From contig NC_083407.1 in NCBI RefSeq assembly GCF_020745735.1, positions 92,495,857 to 92,559,856 on the forward strand: a DNA stretch of 64,000 nucleotides. The letters are read 5' to 3'. The translations under genes were made by a program, and so were the position numbers. The notes beneath the pieces were generated by a model that saw only the letters and a list, made by a program, of their open reading frames with translations, made no database searches and was not told where the DNA came from. The DNA is from Hemiscyllium ocellatum (taxonomy: Eukaryota). Within the stretch, counting starts at the first letter, position 1; each line of letters starts with the position of its first letter. This document shows, one piece after another, positions 1 to 11,619 of this stretch.

Positions 1-2190
1 TATGACAAGCCCCAGAAAGTTTATAGGAGAGGATTCAGTGATAGGAATGCTGTGGGGTGGGGGTGGGGAAAGCAATGGTTAGATTCTTTCTTGTTGGAGA
101 TTGTCAATTATGGTATGAATGCTACTTGCTACCTGACAGCCCAATCCTGAATATTAAACAGTTTTGCTGTATTTGGATGTGGAATATTGCAGTGCCTGAA
201 GAGTTGTGAATGGTGCTGAACAATGAGCAAACATCCCTTTGCTGACCTTGTCATGACTGGAAGGTCATTGATGAAAGTGGTTGGATTGAGGACACAACAT
301 CTCCTTTGGAGATATCCTGGAACTAAAATGACTGACTAACAACCACAGTCATCTTCCTTTTTGCTGAATACAACACCATACAGGAGACAGTTCTCACCCT
401 AATTCCCATTGACTCTGGTTTTCCTATGTTTCTTTAATACCACACTCCTTCATAGTTAAAAATCACACAACACCATGTTATAGTCCAACAATTGGACTAT
501 AACAGTTGGACTATAACGTGGTGTTGTGTGATTTTTAACTTTGCACACCCCCTCCAACACCGGCATCTCTAAATCATGACACTCATTCATATGCAACCTT
601 GACATTAAGGTCAGTCACTCTCACCTCAGCAGTGGAATTCAGCTCTTTTGTCAATGTTTAAAATAATGCTGTATTGAAGTCAGGAGCTGAATGGTCCTGG
701 TGGAACCAAAAACTGTGCATCAATGAGTATATAATTGCTAAGCATGAGTTGCTTGGTTACACTGTTGATGATATGTTCCAACACTTTATTCAAGATCACG
801 AGTAGACAGGTGGGGTGATAATTGACAGGGCTAGATTTGCCCTGCATTTTGTGTACAAGGACATAGCGGAGCAATTTTCCACATTGTCAGGTTGATGCCA
901 GTGGTTTAGATAACTGAAACAGTTTGGCTCAGGCTGCAGCAAATTCTAAACTACACGTCATCAGTATTATTGCTGGAATGTTGTCAGGGGTCATTGCCTT
1001 TGAAATACTCAGTGCCTCTCTTTTGATACTATATGAAGTGCATAGAATTGGCCAATATGTAATGCTGGGTAGCTCTGGAGGAGACTGAGGTGGATCATCC
1101 AGTTGGTACTTTTGACCAAAGATCTTCGCAGCATAGTCAGCTTTATCTTTTGTATTGATGAGCTTGGCTCCCCCATATTTAAAATGGTGACATTTATAGA
1201 GCCTCGTCCTCCAGTGAGTGTTTTGTTATCCACTGCAACGCACATCTGGGTGTGATAGACCTGCAGAGCTCAAATCTCAGATCCATTGATTGTGGAGTTC
1301 CTTCGCTCTGTCTATCACTTTTTGCTTATGCTGCTGAGCACATACGCAGCCCTGTGTTGTAACTTCACCAAGCTGACCCTCATTTCAGATGTGCCCAGTG
1401 CTGCTCCTGGCTTTGCCTCCTCCTCTCTTCATTGAACCACGCTTGATCCATAGTGTGAAGGTAGTGGTAGTAGAGTGGGGGACATGCCAAGCCAAGAGTT
1501 GCAGATAGTGTTGGAGTACAATTCTACTGCTGTTGATGTCCCACAGTGCCTGACGAATGCCAGGTCTTGAGTTGCTAGATCTGTTCAAAGTCTACCCCAT
1601 TTAACTTAATGATTGCACCACACAAAATTAGGGTGGGCATCGCAATGTGAAGATAGGTCTTTGCATCCCTAAGAACTATGTGGTGGCTACTCTTACTGAC
1701 ACTGCTCATGGATAAATGTATTCATGGTAAGCAGATTGGTAAGGATCATGTCAAGCATGTTCCTTCTGGTTGGCTCCTTTGCCAACTCCTATTGACCCAT
1801 TCCGGCAGCAAAATTCTTTCAGACTCAAGCAGCTCTGTGCTGTCAAGGCAACCCTGCTGCTGAATGATGTAGTCTCTGACCAAGTGTACATTGTGCATCC
1901 TTCCCAACCTTAATATTTCCTGCAAGTGGTATTCCACATGGAAGATGATGGATTCACCAGCCGAGGGAGGCACGTCAGTGTGGGGTAATCAGCAGAAGAG
2001 TTCTGTACTCAAAATTGACCTGATGCCATGAGTATCACTGGAGAGAGATGGGGGGTGGGGTGGGGGGTGTTAGGTGGGGTGGCGAGGTGGTCGATTCAGA
2101 GCCAACGTTGATGACTCTGAGGGCAACTCTCTCCCAAGTGTATACCACTGTGCCACCATCTCTGCTGGGTCTTCTGTAAGAGAACACAGC
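1..2190 (-). mobile_element. Decayed CR1/L2-type LINE (older family), endonuclease to RT region
   Basis: Minus-strand ORF remnants VNYHPTCLLVILNKVLEHII...DAQF (RT N-terminal block) and RDGGTVVY (APE motif). Homologous to the + strand copy at 46095-47510. Confidence 0.75.
455..578. mobile_element. PLE-end palindromic insertion, family B, centre (ribozyme) deleted
   Basis: Inverted arms gttaaaaatcacacaacacc...ggtgttgtgtgatttttaac plus one-sided tail. 13-bp TSD acactc(c/a)ttcata at 442-454 and 579-591. Confidence 0.8.
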
Positions 2191-2939
2191 CTTTACAGAA
2201 TCATATGGTTCCAACAAAGCAAAATAAAGTCATACATCCCATCAAGTCTCTGTGAGAGACATTTAGTTCAGTTCTTCCCACACTTCTCTTATGTGATTCA
2301 TATTACCATCTGAAAATTAGTATAAGCCCAGAAGCCAACAAAAACAACACAGTGAAAAGGCAGCATAGGAATCTTTCGCTTAAAAGTCCATCTATTGTAG
2401 ATCAACACATAATTTGTTATTTAACATAAAACTCTGTTGTTTCAATGTAATTTGTAAAATTTTATTGGTCACAAGTATCAACAGGGAAGTGGTCAGAGAT
2501 CCACAATAGGACCACACAGAAATTCCTACAAAGTTGATGAAAAGTCACCAAATCTAAATTAGAGTCAGAGATTTCAGATGGTTCCAACTCTCTCAAGCTT
2601 AATACTAGGAAATATGAGAGGATTAAAGCCTTCTCCCCCTCCTGTGTAATTATTAAACTGAATCATGGCATCGCCAGTGACTCAGTGGCCCCAATCTGAT
2701 AGGCCATTTTCCCAAAACTAACTCCCTTACTATGACTTGCCACTCGCTCTCACTCTGTCCAATCCACCACAATGCCTTAGCCCAGATACACCTCAACACA
2801 ACATCCCATCCTGACCCCACCGGACACAACAGCACTCCCCTCTGATCCAAAATCCCCCATCCAACTGGATTCAACAAGACCACAGCCACCCCAACTCCTA
2901 GCTCTATCCTGAGCACTCATCAATTTACCTGACACATGA

Positions 2940-5640
2940 CCCATAAGATCATAAGGCATAGAAACAGAAATTAGGCCATTCAGCCCATCATATCTATTCC
3001 ACCGTTCAATCATGGCTGATAAGTTTCTCAATCCCATTCTCCTGCCTTGTCTCCGTAACTCTGGTACGCAAGAACCTATCAATTTCAATCTTAAATATAC
3101 CCAATGACGTGACTTCCACAGCCCTTTGTGGCAATGAATTCCATAGATTCACCGCTCTCTGGCTGAAGAAATTTCTCCTTAACTCTGTTCTAAACTTTCT
3201 TCCCTTTACTCTAAGGCTGTGCCCTCGAGTCCTTGTTTCTCCTACACAGAAAAACTTACTCTGTCCAGGCGATTCAATATTCTGTATATTTCAATTAGAT
3301 CCCCCCCACCTCATCCTTCTAAACTCAATTGAATATAAACCCAGAGTCTTCAAACATTCCTCATTTGTTAAGCTCTTCATTCCTGTAACCATTCTCCTGA
3401 ACCTCCTCTGAACACGCTTGAGGGCTAGGTCATCCTTCCTAAAATACGGGGACAAACCTGTGCACAATACTTCGAATGGGGCCTGACTACAGCCTGCTTT
3501 TATATTCAAGCCCTCTCAAAATAAATGTCACCATTGCATTTGCCTTCCTAACTATTGACTCAACTTGCAATTTACCTTGAGAGAATCCTGCACTAGACCT
3601 CCCAAATTTCTTTGCACTTCAGACTTCTGAATTTTCTCCACATTTAGAAAACAATTCATACTTCGATTCTTCCTACCAAAGTGCATGACCCCACACTTTT
3701 CCATCTTGTATTCCATCTGCCAATTCTTTGCCCACTCTCCAAACCTGTCCAAATCATTCTGCAGCCTCCCCACCACCTCCATGCTACCTGTCCTTCTACC
3801 TATCTCTATATTGTCTACAAATGTAACCAGAATGCTCTCAGTTCCTTCAACTTTAACGTTAATGTATAAAATGAAAAGCTGTGATCCCAAAACTGAGCCT
3901 TGTGGAACGTCACTTATCACCAGCTGCTATCCTGAGAAAGGACTCTTTTATTCCCACTTCCTGATTTCTGCCAGACAACCAAGTTTTTATCCAAGCTACC
4001 ACCTTGCTCTGACACCATGGGCCCATTTCTTACCCAGTAGCCTCCTGTGACCCACCTTGTCAAAGGCCTTCTTTTAACCTGTCCGTTACTTTTTCAAAGA
4101 ATCCTATCAGATTTGTCAGGCATGACCTCCCTTGATGAAACCAGGTTTACCATACACTTCCAGAAATCTCATCCTTCACAATGGATTCCAGGGTCTGACC
4201 CATGACTGAGGTTAGACTAATTGATCTGTAATTTTCTGTCTTTTGCTTTATTCCCTTTTTAAACAGAGGTGTCACATTAGTGATTTTCCAGTGCTCCGGG
4301 ACCCTCCCTGATTCTAGTGATTCCTGATACCGTTAGCACTTCCACTATCTCTTCAGCTATCCCCTTTCAAACTCTGGGATGTAGTCCATCTGGTCCAGGT
4401 GATTTATCCATTTTCAGGTCATTCAGTTTTTCTAGCACCTTATCTTTGGTGATGGCCACCATATACAGCTGTACCCCCTCACTCTCTTACATTTTTGGGA
4501 CATTACCCGTGTCTCCCACTGTAAAGACTGACATAAAGTAATTACTCAGTTCCTCAGCCATTTCCTTGTTCTCCACTACTATCTTTCCAGCATCATTTTC
4601 CCATGGCCCAAATCTCCAGTGTCCACTTTCGCTTTTCTTTTGCCATTTATATATCTAAAGAAACTCTTGAAGCCTTCCTTAATATTACTGGTTAGCTTAT
4701 CTTCATATTTAATCTTCTCCCTCCTTGTTTCTTTTTTTGTTGCCCTCTGTTGGTCTTTGTAGGCTTCCCACTCCTCTGGTTTCCCATTGCCCTTCGCCAC
4801 ACTATATGCTTTCTCTTTTGATTTTATGCTAACCCTGACTTCCCTAGTCAGCCAGGCGTGCCTCATCCTCCCTGTACCTTGCTTCTTCTTCCTCAGGCTG
4901 AATCTCTGCTGCTGTCCTGAATTATTCCCTAAAGCCCCTGTCATTGCTGTTCCACTGTCTCTCCAGCTATGCTCCTCTCCCAGTTGATTATACTCAGCAA
5001 ATCCCTCACACCTCTGTAGTTGCCTTTATTCAGCTGTAATACTGTTACCTCTAATTCTGTCTTCTTCCTTTCAAATTTCAAAGTAAACTCCTAAGGGTTC
5101 CTTCACCTTAAGCTCCCTTATCAAGTCTGCCTCATTGTGCAGCACCAAATCCAGTATTGCCTGTTCCCTTGTGGGCTCCACCACGAGTTGCTCCAAAAAA
5201 CCATCTTGTAGACATTCCACAAATTCCTTTTCTTGAAATGCACCACCAACCTGATTTTTTCAGTGTACTCCCTCATGATCACTATGACTTTGCCTTCCCT
5301 GCATATCTTTCTCTCTCCTGCTGTATCTTGCACCCCAGCTCTGGTCTACTATTTGGAGGCCTGTACATAACTCCAGTTATGTTTTTTTTTAACCTTTGCC
5401 ATTCTTCAATTCTAACTACACAGATTCTATACCATCTGACTCTACTTCATTTCTTACTATTGATCTAATTTCATTTCTTACTAATAAGGCAACACCACAT
5501 TCTCAGCCCAACTGTATATCTTTTCAATAGGATATATATCCTTGAATATTCAGCTCCCAATCCTGATCCCCTTGCAGCCATGTCTCCATGATGCCCACCA
5601 CGTCACACCTACCAATTTTGATCTACCCTTCACCTACATG
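2940..5640 (-). mobile_element. CR1 LINE, degenerate ORF2 (EN-RT) with 3' end
   Basis: ORF fragments [29 protein letters not shown] and KEGFKSFFRYI. Short-repeat 3' tail (cataag) near 2942-2954. Confidence 0.93.
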
Positions 5641-5790
5641 GTACTCCTCATCCCCCCTAACACAGCATCCCTGTATAAAGATAGTTATCAAATACAACTT
5701 TTCAGAGCTCTCCATGGCTTCTCTCTTGACTGTCCTCAACGTCCTTACTGCTGTCAGAATCATTTAATCAGTTTGCTCTCCATGATTCAC

Positions 5791-6113
5791 AGGGCGGCAC
5801 GGTGGCACAGTGGTTAGCACTGCTGCCTCACAGCGCCAGAGACCCGGGTTCAATTCCTGACTCAGGCGACTGACTGTGTGGAGTTTGCACGTTCTCCCCA
5901 TGTCTGCGTGGGTTTCCTCCGGGTGCTCCGGTTTCCTCCCGCAGTCCAAAGATGTGCGGGTCAGGTGAATTGGCCATGCTAAATTGCCCGTGGTGTTAGG
6001 TAAGGGGTAAATGTAGGGGTATGGGTGGGTTGCGCTTCGGCGGGTTGGTGCGGACTTGTTGGGCCGAAGGGCCTGTTTCCACACTGTAAGTAATCTAATC
6101 TAATCTAATCTAA
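5791..6113 (+). mobile_element. HE1-type (V-SINE) tRNA-derived SINE, well preserved
   Basis: A box tggcacagtggttagc, B box ggttcaattcc, V-SINE core gtggagtttgcacgttctcccc...ggtttcctccc, CR1-like 3' end and (taatc)n tail. Confidence 0.93.
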
Positions 6114-6989
6114 TGTCTCTTATTCTACCCTATGCATTGTACTCTGTAGGAACGATAGGTGTCAATGTGGGTCGTTTCCTGGGACAATCCAACACCGCCA
6201 CCCCCCTTCCGCCCCCGACAAGCTCTACCTTTCTTACTGCAAATGTAAGACTTCTAACTCAGGGTCTGCAACCATCGTAAAATATCTATGAAGCTTCCTT
6301 ACCCACCCTTCTGATACATCTCTTTTCTCTACTATCCTCCAGAGTGAGATAGAGAGAAGAGGAGGACAAAGGCAGGGACGTGTGCCAGTGCAGGGTACAA
6401 TTACAGGGAGCTCATGAGCTCTTCCACTGTTTGTGTGATCATAACTGGCCTCATGAGCTTGTAATAACCAGGGAACAGATTCGGAGCCGGAAACTGTGGC
6501 AACTCAATGCAAGCTTTGACAATTGTGCATGAAGGAAGACATTCCATTCAATTTCATTGACTTGCTGAGCATTGTGACAGCACCTGGATTCATATGAAAT
6601 CTCACAGATAGCCAACAGACAAGTGAATGTTGCTTCTCTTATTGTGATACTGAATTGAAAGAACTTCAGTTACACAAAATTAGACAATGTTCTGTTTATT
6701 CTTCACATTTACATTGATATGTTGTACAAGTCACGTTGTTAGATTTAGTTCGCATACCAGGCATTGCAAAGCAGTGACAATATCTTGAGTATCAATGTAA
6801 TAAGCTATATTATGAAACACTAATAATTAAGTAGTAATCTAGTTCACATTAAATGCTTTAAAACTAAGCCATTAAAGCCGATTGGAATTTTCTTCCTGTT
6901 CATCAGTTTCTGTTGTCTTTACATCTCCATCCATTCTTCTTAAAAAGTCTGTAAATTAATAAGCAATGTTAATTGAATGACAGTTTCCA

Positions 6990-7450
6990 AATGCTTCATG
7001 GGAATATTAGATTCCCATTTGCTGAAAAGGCTTTTGGTGAAATAGTTTCAGTGTATGAGCTGAAAAAAATCTCTTCTCAATAAAGGAAAAGTGACTGCCT
7101 TGGATAGATATGGAACTGACACAGGAAAAGTTCCATGTTTCCCTCGAGGTGGTTATAGTCACACTATGGAATTAGAAGTTTAGTTCTCGAAACGTTTGCT
7201 CTTTCTGCAGTAAATAAGCACGGTATATGGAACACCTTAGCTTTGTTCCCACATAACTGAGTGAGAAAAAGAAGTTAAAAGGAGATTATTTCATTCTTAA
7301 GGATTTTTTGAAGTTCCCCAATATGTGCTGGTGACACTTCATCACACTCTGTAACCCCAATATTTTCAGGGATGGTGGGGGGAGTGTGCTCACCGAGTAA
7401 AAACTGTTGCGGACATGATAGGCCGAATGGCCTCCTGTGTTGTCAACGTC
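6990..7450 (+). mobile_element. Highly decayed CR1 3' fragment
   Basis: Ends in ggccgaatggcctcctgtg, the typical CR1 3' stem-loop; upstream tggaac/ggatttttt remnants. Confidence 0.55.
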
Positions 7451-8449
7451 TGTGAGTATATAATACCTGTGATGGGACCAGTGATCCTGCCAAACTAAAT
7501 TGCAGGAAACCGTTGTGATTTTTAAAAAATCGATGTCCTGCGTGGCAGCCAATCAGGCTCCGAGTTTGACTAAGGAAGTAGGGAAACACCCCAACAGTCA
7601 AGAGTGAGAAGGAGAGGGAGGGCTGATGTCTCGGGGGGAAAAGGGTGACCAAGAGGGATCCACAGGTTTGGGCATTGGTGTGGAGTAGGCGGGGACGTGT
7701 GGTTGTGTTCTGATAATGAGAGGATGATAGATCCACTGGGTGGAGCGTTCCTGCCCCACTGCTCCACAGTACCAATACTGTTAGCTGCTGGGCCCAACGG
7801 TTTCAAGAGTCGCAAGGAGCTTGATCGGCTGGTGTTACATTTAAAGGGCTACCCAATTCTCAGGGATGGAATCTCATTGAAATGTGACAGTGATATATCT
7901 GCTCACCAGAGGCACAAAGCTGCTGCCACTTTAAATGGAAACAGCCATGGGGTTTGCATCTACATGAGGTTCAGTCACCTGTCAGATTGTTATAGCCTAT
8001 GTCCTGTGGCAGATATTTGTATTTTAATGATAGATTAAAGAATCTTGGACTTTTCAACCTGATAATGACCTTACAAAGATATAGCGGATCATAAATAGTA
8101 CAGAAAATAACAAGTGCATTTTTTCTCTGAATATAAACCTATTACATTTGACCAAACCAATATTTAAATATGGTTTCAATAACAGACTGGATATGGATAA
8201 GGAAAAGAGTCCCAGGTATCCACTGCCCCTTGGGATGTTACAAAGTGCTTTACAGTGCTTTGAACTGTGTAACATGTGAAATGCTGCAGCTAATGTGGTC
8301 ATAGCAAGCTCATACTGACAAGAAATTGACTACAATATTTCTAATACGTTGATTGACAAATAAATATTGGTCAGAATATTGTAATTAACTCCCCTACTAC
8401 TATTTGCATTCTGAATCAAGCTAACTACATCATCCAAACTCACACCACT

Positions 8450-8720
8450 GCTACTACAGAGAGGCAAGGGCAGCAGATGCATTGAAATACCATCAGCTGT
8501 AAGTTCGTTTCCAAGCCACCCACCATTCTGACTTGGAAATATATCGCCATTTCTTCTGTGTCGCTGGATCAAAATCCTGGAATCCCCTCCTTACTGGCAT
8601 TGTGGGTCTACGTATAGCACATAGACTGCCCCGGTTCAAGAAGCATCTTCTCAGGGGCACTTGGGCCAGGCAATAAATGCTGTCTCAACCAATGATAGCA
8701 ACATAACATGAGTGAATAAA
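8450..8720 (+). mobile_element. 3' end of the older CR1/L2-type LINE
   Basis: Matches 47230-47510 (gcagat...accatcagctgtaagttc...tgacttggaaatatatcgcc...ggcaataaatgct...atgagtgaataaa). Confidence 0.75.
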
Positions 8721-8935
8721 CCAAAAGATAACGCTCCATAAAAAGATAGGGGTATTGAGTGGGAAATTGGATTAGGTTATTACACATGCAGATGGTAAAC
8801 ACGAACAAACCTATTTGCAAGTTATAATTCTGTAACACAAAAATTAAGCAGAGAAAAGGACAATTTACTCTTCAAAGAAATAACAAATAATCTTTGGTAA
8901 CATATACTTTGTCTGCATTTTACCATGCCTTCAGT

Positions 8936-9130
8936 TTAGTGAGTTGTTGTTATAGATTCTTTGAGACCGAGAGCCATATATTCCTCTCCTGGAATTGTCC
9001 TTTCCTCATCTCCAGTTGGACCTACTCCCTCCTGATTTGTGCTTTCCCCATTTTGAGTTGTGCTTTCTTCTGTTTCAACTGTGTTTTTTTCCTTTTGATC
9101 CATAATGTTTCCTGCTGTGCTTCTGTTTTC
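8936..9130 (-). pseudogene. Candidate last coding exon: acidic cytoplasmic tail with Tyr motif (ENRSTAG...GEEYMALGLKESITTTH*)
   Basis: Acceptor tttttatgtcag at 9131-9142. 64 stop-free codons in phase 0 with protein-like composition and a YxxL motif. This frame is absent from the ORF track (only 55 aa from its first ATG). Confidence 0.55.
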
Positions 9131-9489
9131 CTGACATAAAAATGCATTTTCTTTAAGGCCAGAGGAAGTAAAGTTGTTTTAATTTCCACGTGTCCCCAGC
9201 CCAAAACTTCAACCCCAGTCTGGACTTAGTTATGGTGAAATCTGTGAATTGCCCAGCTTCAGCTTTCTGCAGCCTGTCCTACATGGATAGGTTTAAGTCA
9301 CTCCTGGATAGCACTGAGCAACTTAGCTCAGTTGCACAGTTTGCCTTTTTCTGAGCTGCAGAATGGTAGGTCCAAACCCCACTTGAAGAGCTGAACATAT
9401 TATTTAACCGAACATTTCAAACTGTGCCTGAGACTCATGTCTGTTTACACATTAAGTTATGCATAAACTGCAGCAAACAGATTTTGATA

Positions 9490-9980
9490 TAGGCATCCAC
9501 TTTGGGACTACAAAGGAAACTGGAAACAGTGAGACCCAAATAAAATTATTTGGTCCAGCAACATAGATAACTAAAATGTCATGAATAGATGCAGAAAATA
9601 ATCAAAAAAAGGTAGATGGAATTTTGGCCTTTATATCCTGAGGACTAAAATACAAGGGTGTGGAAGTCATATTCACACTGTAAAAATGCCCGATTAGCCA
9701 CTGCCTTTAATACTGCTTTCGATTCTGGACATAACTCTGTAAGAAGGATATATTGGTTTCAGAAGGACAACAGTGTGATTTTTGCAGAAAGATATCTGAG
9801 CTCCAAGAGGAAAATTACAAGGAAAGATTATGTAAACTAGGGTTGCGTTTTCCAGAGTTTCAAAGGGTAAGGTGTGATTGGATCAAAAATTCCAAGACAT
9901 GAAAATAAACAGATAGAGACAAAATATTTCTACTGGCTGGGACCAAGGGCATAATCTAAAGATTGGAGTCAGAGCAGTAA
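9490..9980 (+). mobile_element. Decayed CR1 RT/C-terminal fragment
   Basis: catccactttgg...ttggcctttat...ttctggacat remnants of CR1 ORF2. Confidence 0.6.
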
Positions 9981-9989
9981 GTTTGCAAA

Positions 9990-11013
9990 TGACACCATAA
10001 TTGTTGATGTATTGGACAATGAAGAAGGTTATCTCAGAGCACAATGGAACCTTGATAAGATGGGTCAATGGGCCAAGGAGTCATTTAGGGAGATGTGAGA
10101 TGCTGCAGCTTGGTAAGGTAAATCAGAGCAGGACTTATACACTTAAAGATAGGGCTCTGTGGTGCATTGGGGTGCAGTTTCACTGTTCCTTGAAGGTGAA
10201 GTCACAGGTAGACATGATGTACATGGTAGTGAAGAAGGTGTTTGGTATGCTTACTTTCATTGGTCAGTGCTGAAAAATGTTTTGCTGGAAAAGCGCAGCA
10301 GGTCAGGCAGCACCCAAGGAGCAGGAGAATTGACGTTTTGGGCATAAGCCCTTCTTCAGCTCTGATCTCCAGCAACTGCAGTCCTCACTTTCTCCTCCTT
10401 TATCGGTCAGTGCATTGAGTATAGGAGTTGGGATGTCATGTTGCAGCTGTACAGGACATTGGTTAAGCCACTTTTGGAATACTGCATTACATTCTGGTCA
10501 CCTTGCTATAGGAAAGATGCTGTCAAACTTGAAAGGGTGCAGAAAAGATTTACAAGGATGTTGCTGGGGTTGGAGGGTTTGAGCAATAGGGAAAGGCTGA
10601 ATAGGCTGGGGCTATTTTCCCTGGAGTGTTGGAGGCTGAGTGGTGCCCTTATAGTGGTTTATAAAATCATGAGGGGCATGGAAAGGTTAACAGCTTGGTC
10701 TTTTTCCGAAGGTACGGGAGTCCAAAACTAGAAGGCTTGGTTTAACGTGAGAGAGGAAAGATTTACAAACACCTACGGGCAGCATTTTCATACACAGGAT
10801 GGGGAGTGTATGGAATGAGCTGCCAGAGGAAGTGGTGGAAGTTGGTACAATTACAACATTTAAGAAGCATTTGGGTGGGTATATGAATAGGAGGGGCTTA
10901 GAGAGATGTGGGTCAAGTGCTGGCAAATGGGACTGGATTAATTTAGGGCGTATGGTCAGCATGGATGAGTTGGACCAAAATGTCTGTATCCATGCTGTAT
11001 GTTTCTATGACTA
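9990..11013 (+). mobile_element. CR1 LINE 3' portion (interrupted by a PLE-end insertion)
   Basis: ORF MLQLYRTLVKPLLEYC..WSP..ERVQKRFTRM. Ends in ttctatgact. Confidence 0.92.
10271..10397. mobile_element. PLE-end insertion, family A (inverted arm plus tail)
   Basis: gctggaaaagcgcagcaggtcaggcagc...gggcataagccc then ctctgatctccagca..cagtcctcactttctcc. About 16-bp TSD cttt(c)at(t/c)ggtcagtgc at 10254-10270 and 10398-10413. Confidence 0.85.
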
Positions 11014-11019
11014 AATCCA

Positions 11020-11470
11020 AACAAGTGAAGCTATGAGTGCATGAGGGGGCAAGTTTGCTACTGTGGATTGGGAAAATACATCAAATGATTTGGTGACTGA
11101 CAGGAAAAGGATAGCATTTAAAGAAATACCACATGGTCTACAACAGATAAACACTCCTTTAAAATACAAACCTTAACATGAGAAGGTGAATTGATAATAG
11201 CTCACAAAAGAATTTACAGATTGCATATATCAAGGGAAGTGACTCATTCAGATATGAGAACAACATGTTAAGTATGAGCATTGAGGACACTTTAGAACCC
11301 TGCAAAGAATGACAAGGAAACTGAGAAAGGAAAGTAATAAAGAATACAAGGTAGTAAGAAACAAAGGTGAAGTGTAAAATCTTATTTCGGTATGTGATGA
11401 GGAAAACATTAACAAGGACAAATGTGGCTTTTGCAAGTGAGGATAGGGGAATTTATAATGGCAACTGGGA
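11020..11470 (+). mobile_element. Decayed CR1 ORF2 linker fragment
   Basis: Homologous to 12970-13400 (atgagg..caagtttgct..gtggattggg; caaatgtgg..ggaatttataatgg). Confidence 0.65.
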
Positions 11471-11619
11471 GAGGAAATGGATAACTACTGAACAGTTTGG
11501 GAAAACCAACTTATTAGTGTAGGAGTCCTTGAACCTAATGCGGTTCCTTTTTGCAAACTGGTGGAGGCAATAGTTCCTCAGGGCAGTCCAACCACAGCCA
11601 ATTCCACTGCATCATGGTT

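Noticed and set aside
5791-5870. tRNA gene
   Set aside because: The A and B boxes belong to a SINE head that continues into the V-SINE core and CR1-like tail.
7978-8003. LRR-like DIGYNNLTG micro-exon on the minus strand
   Set aside because: Too short, with no other LRR units nearby; compatible with chance.
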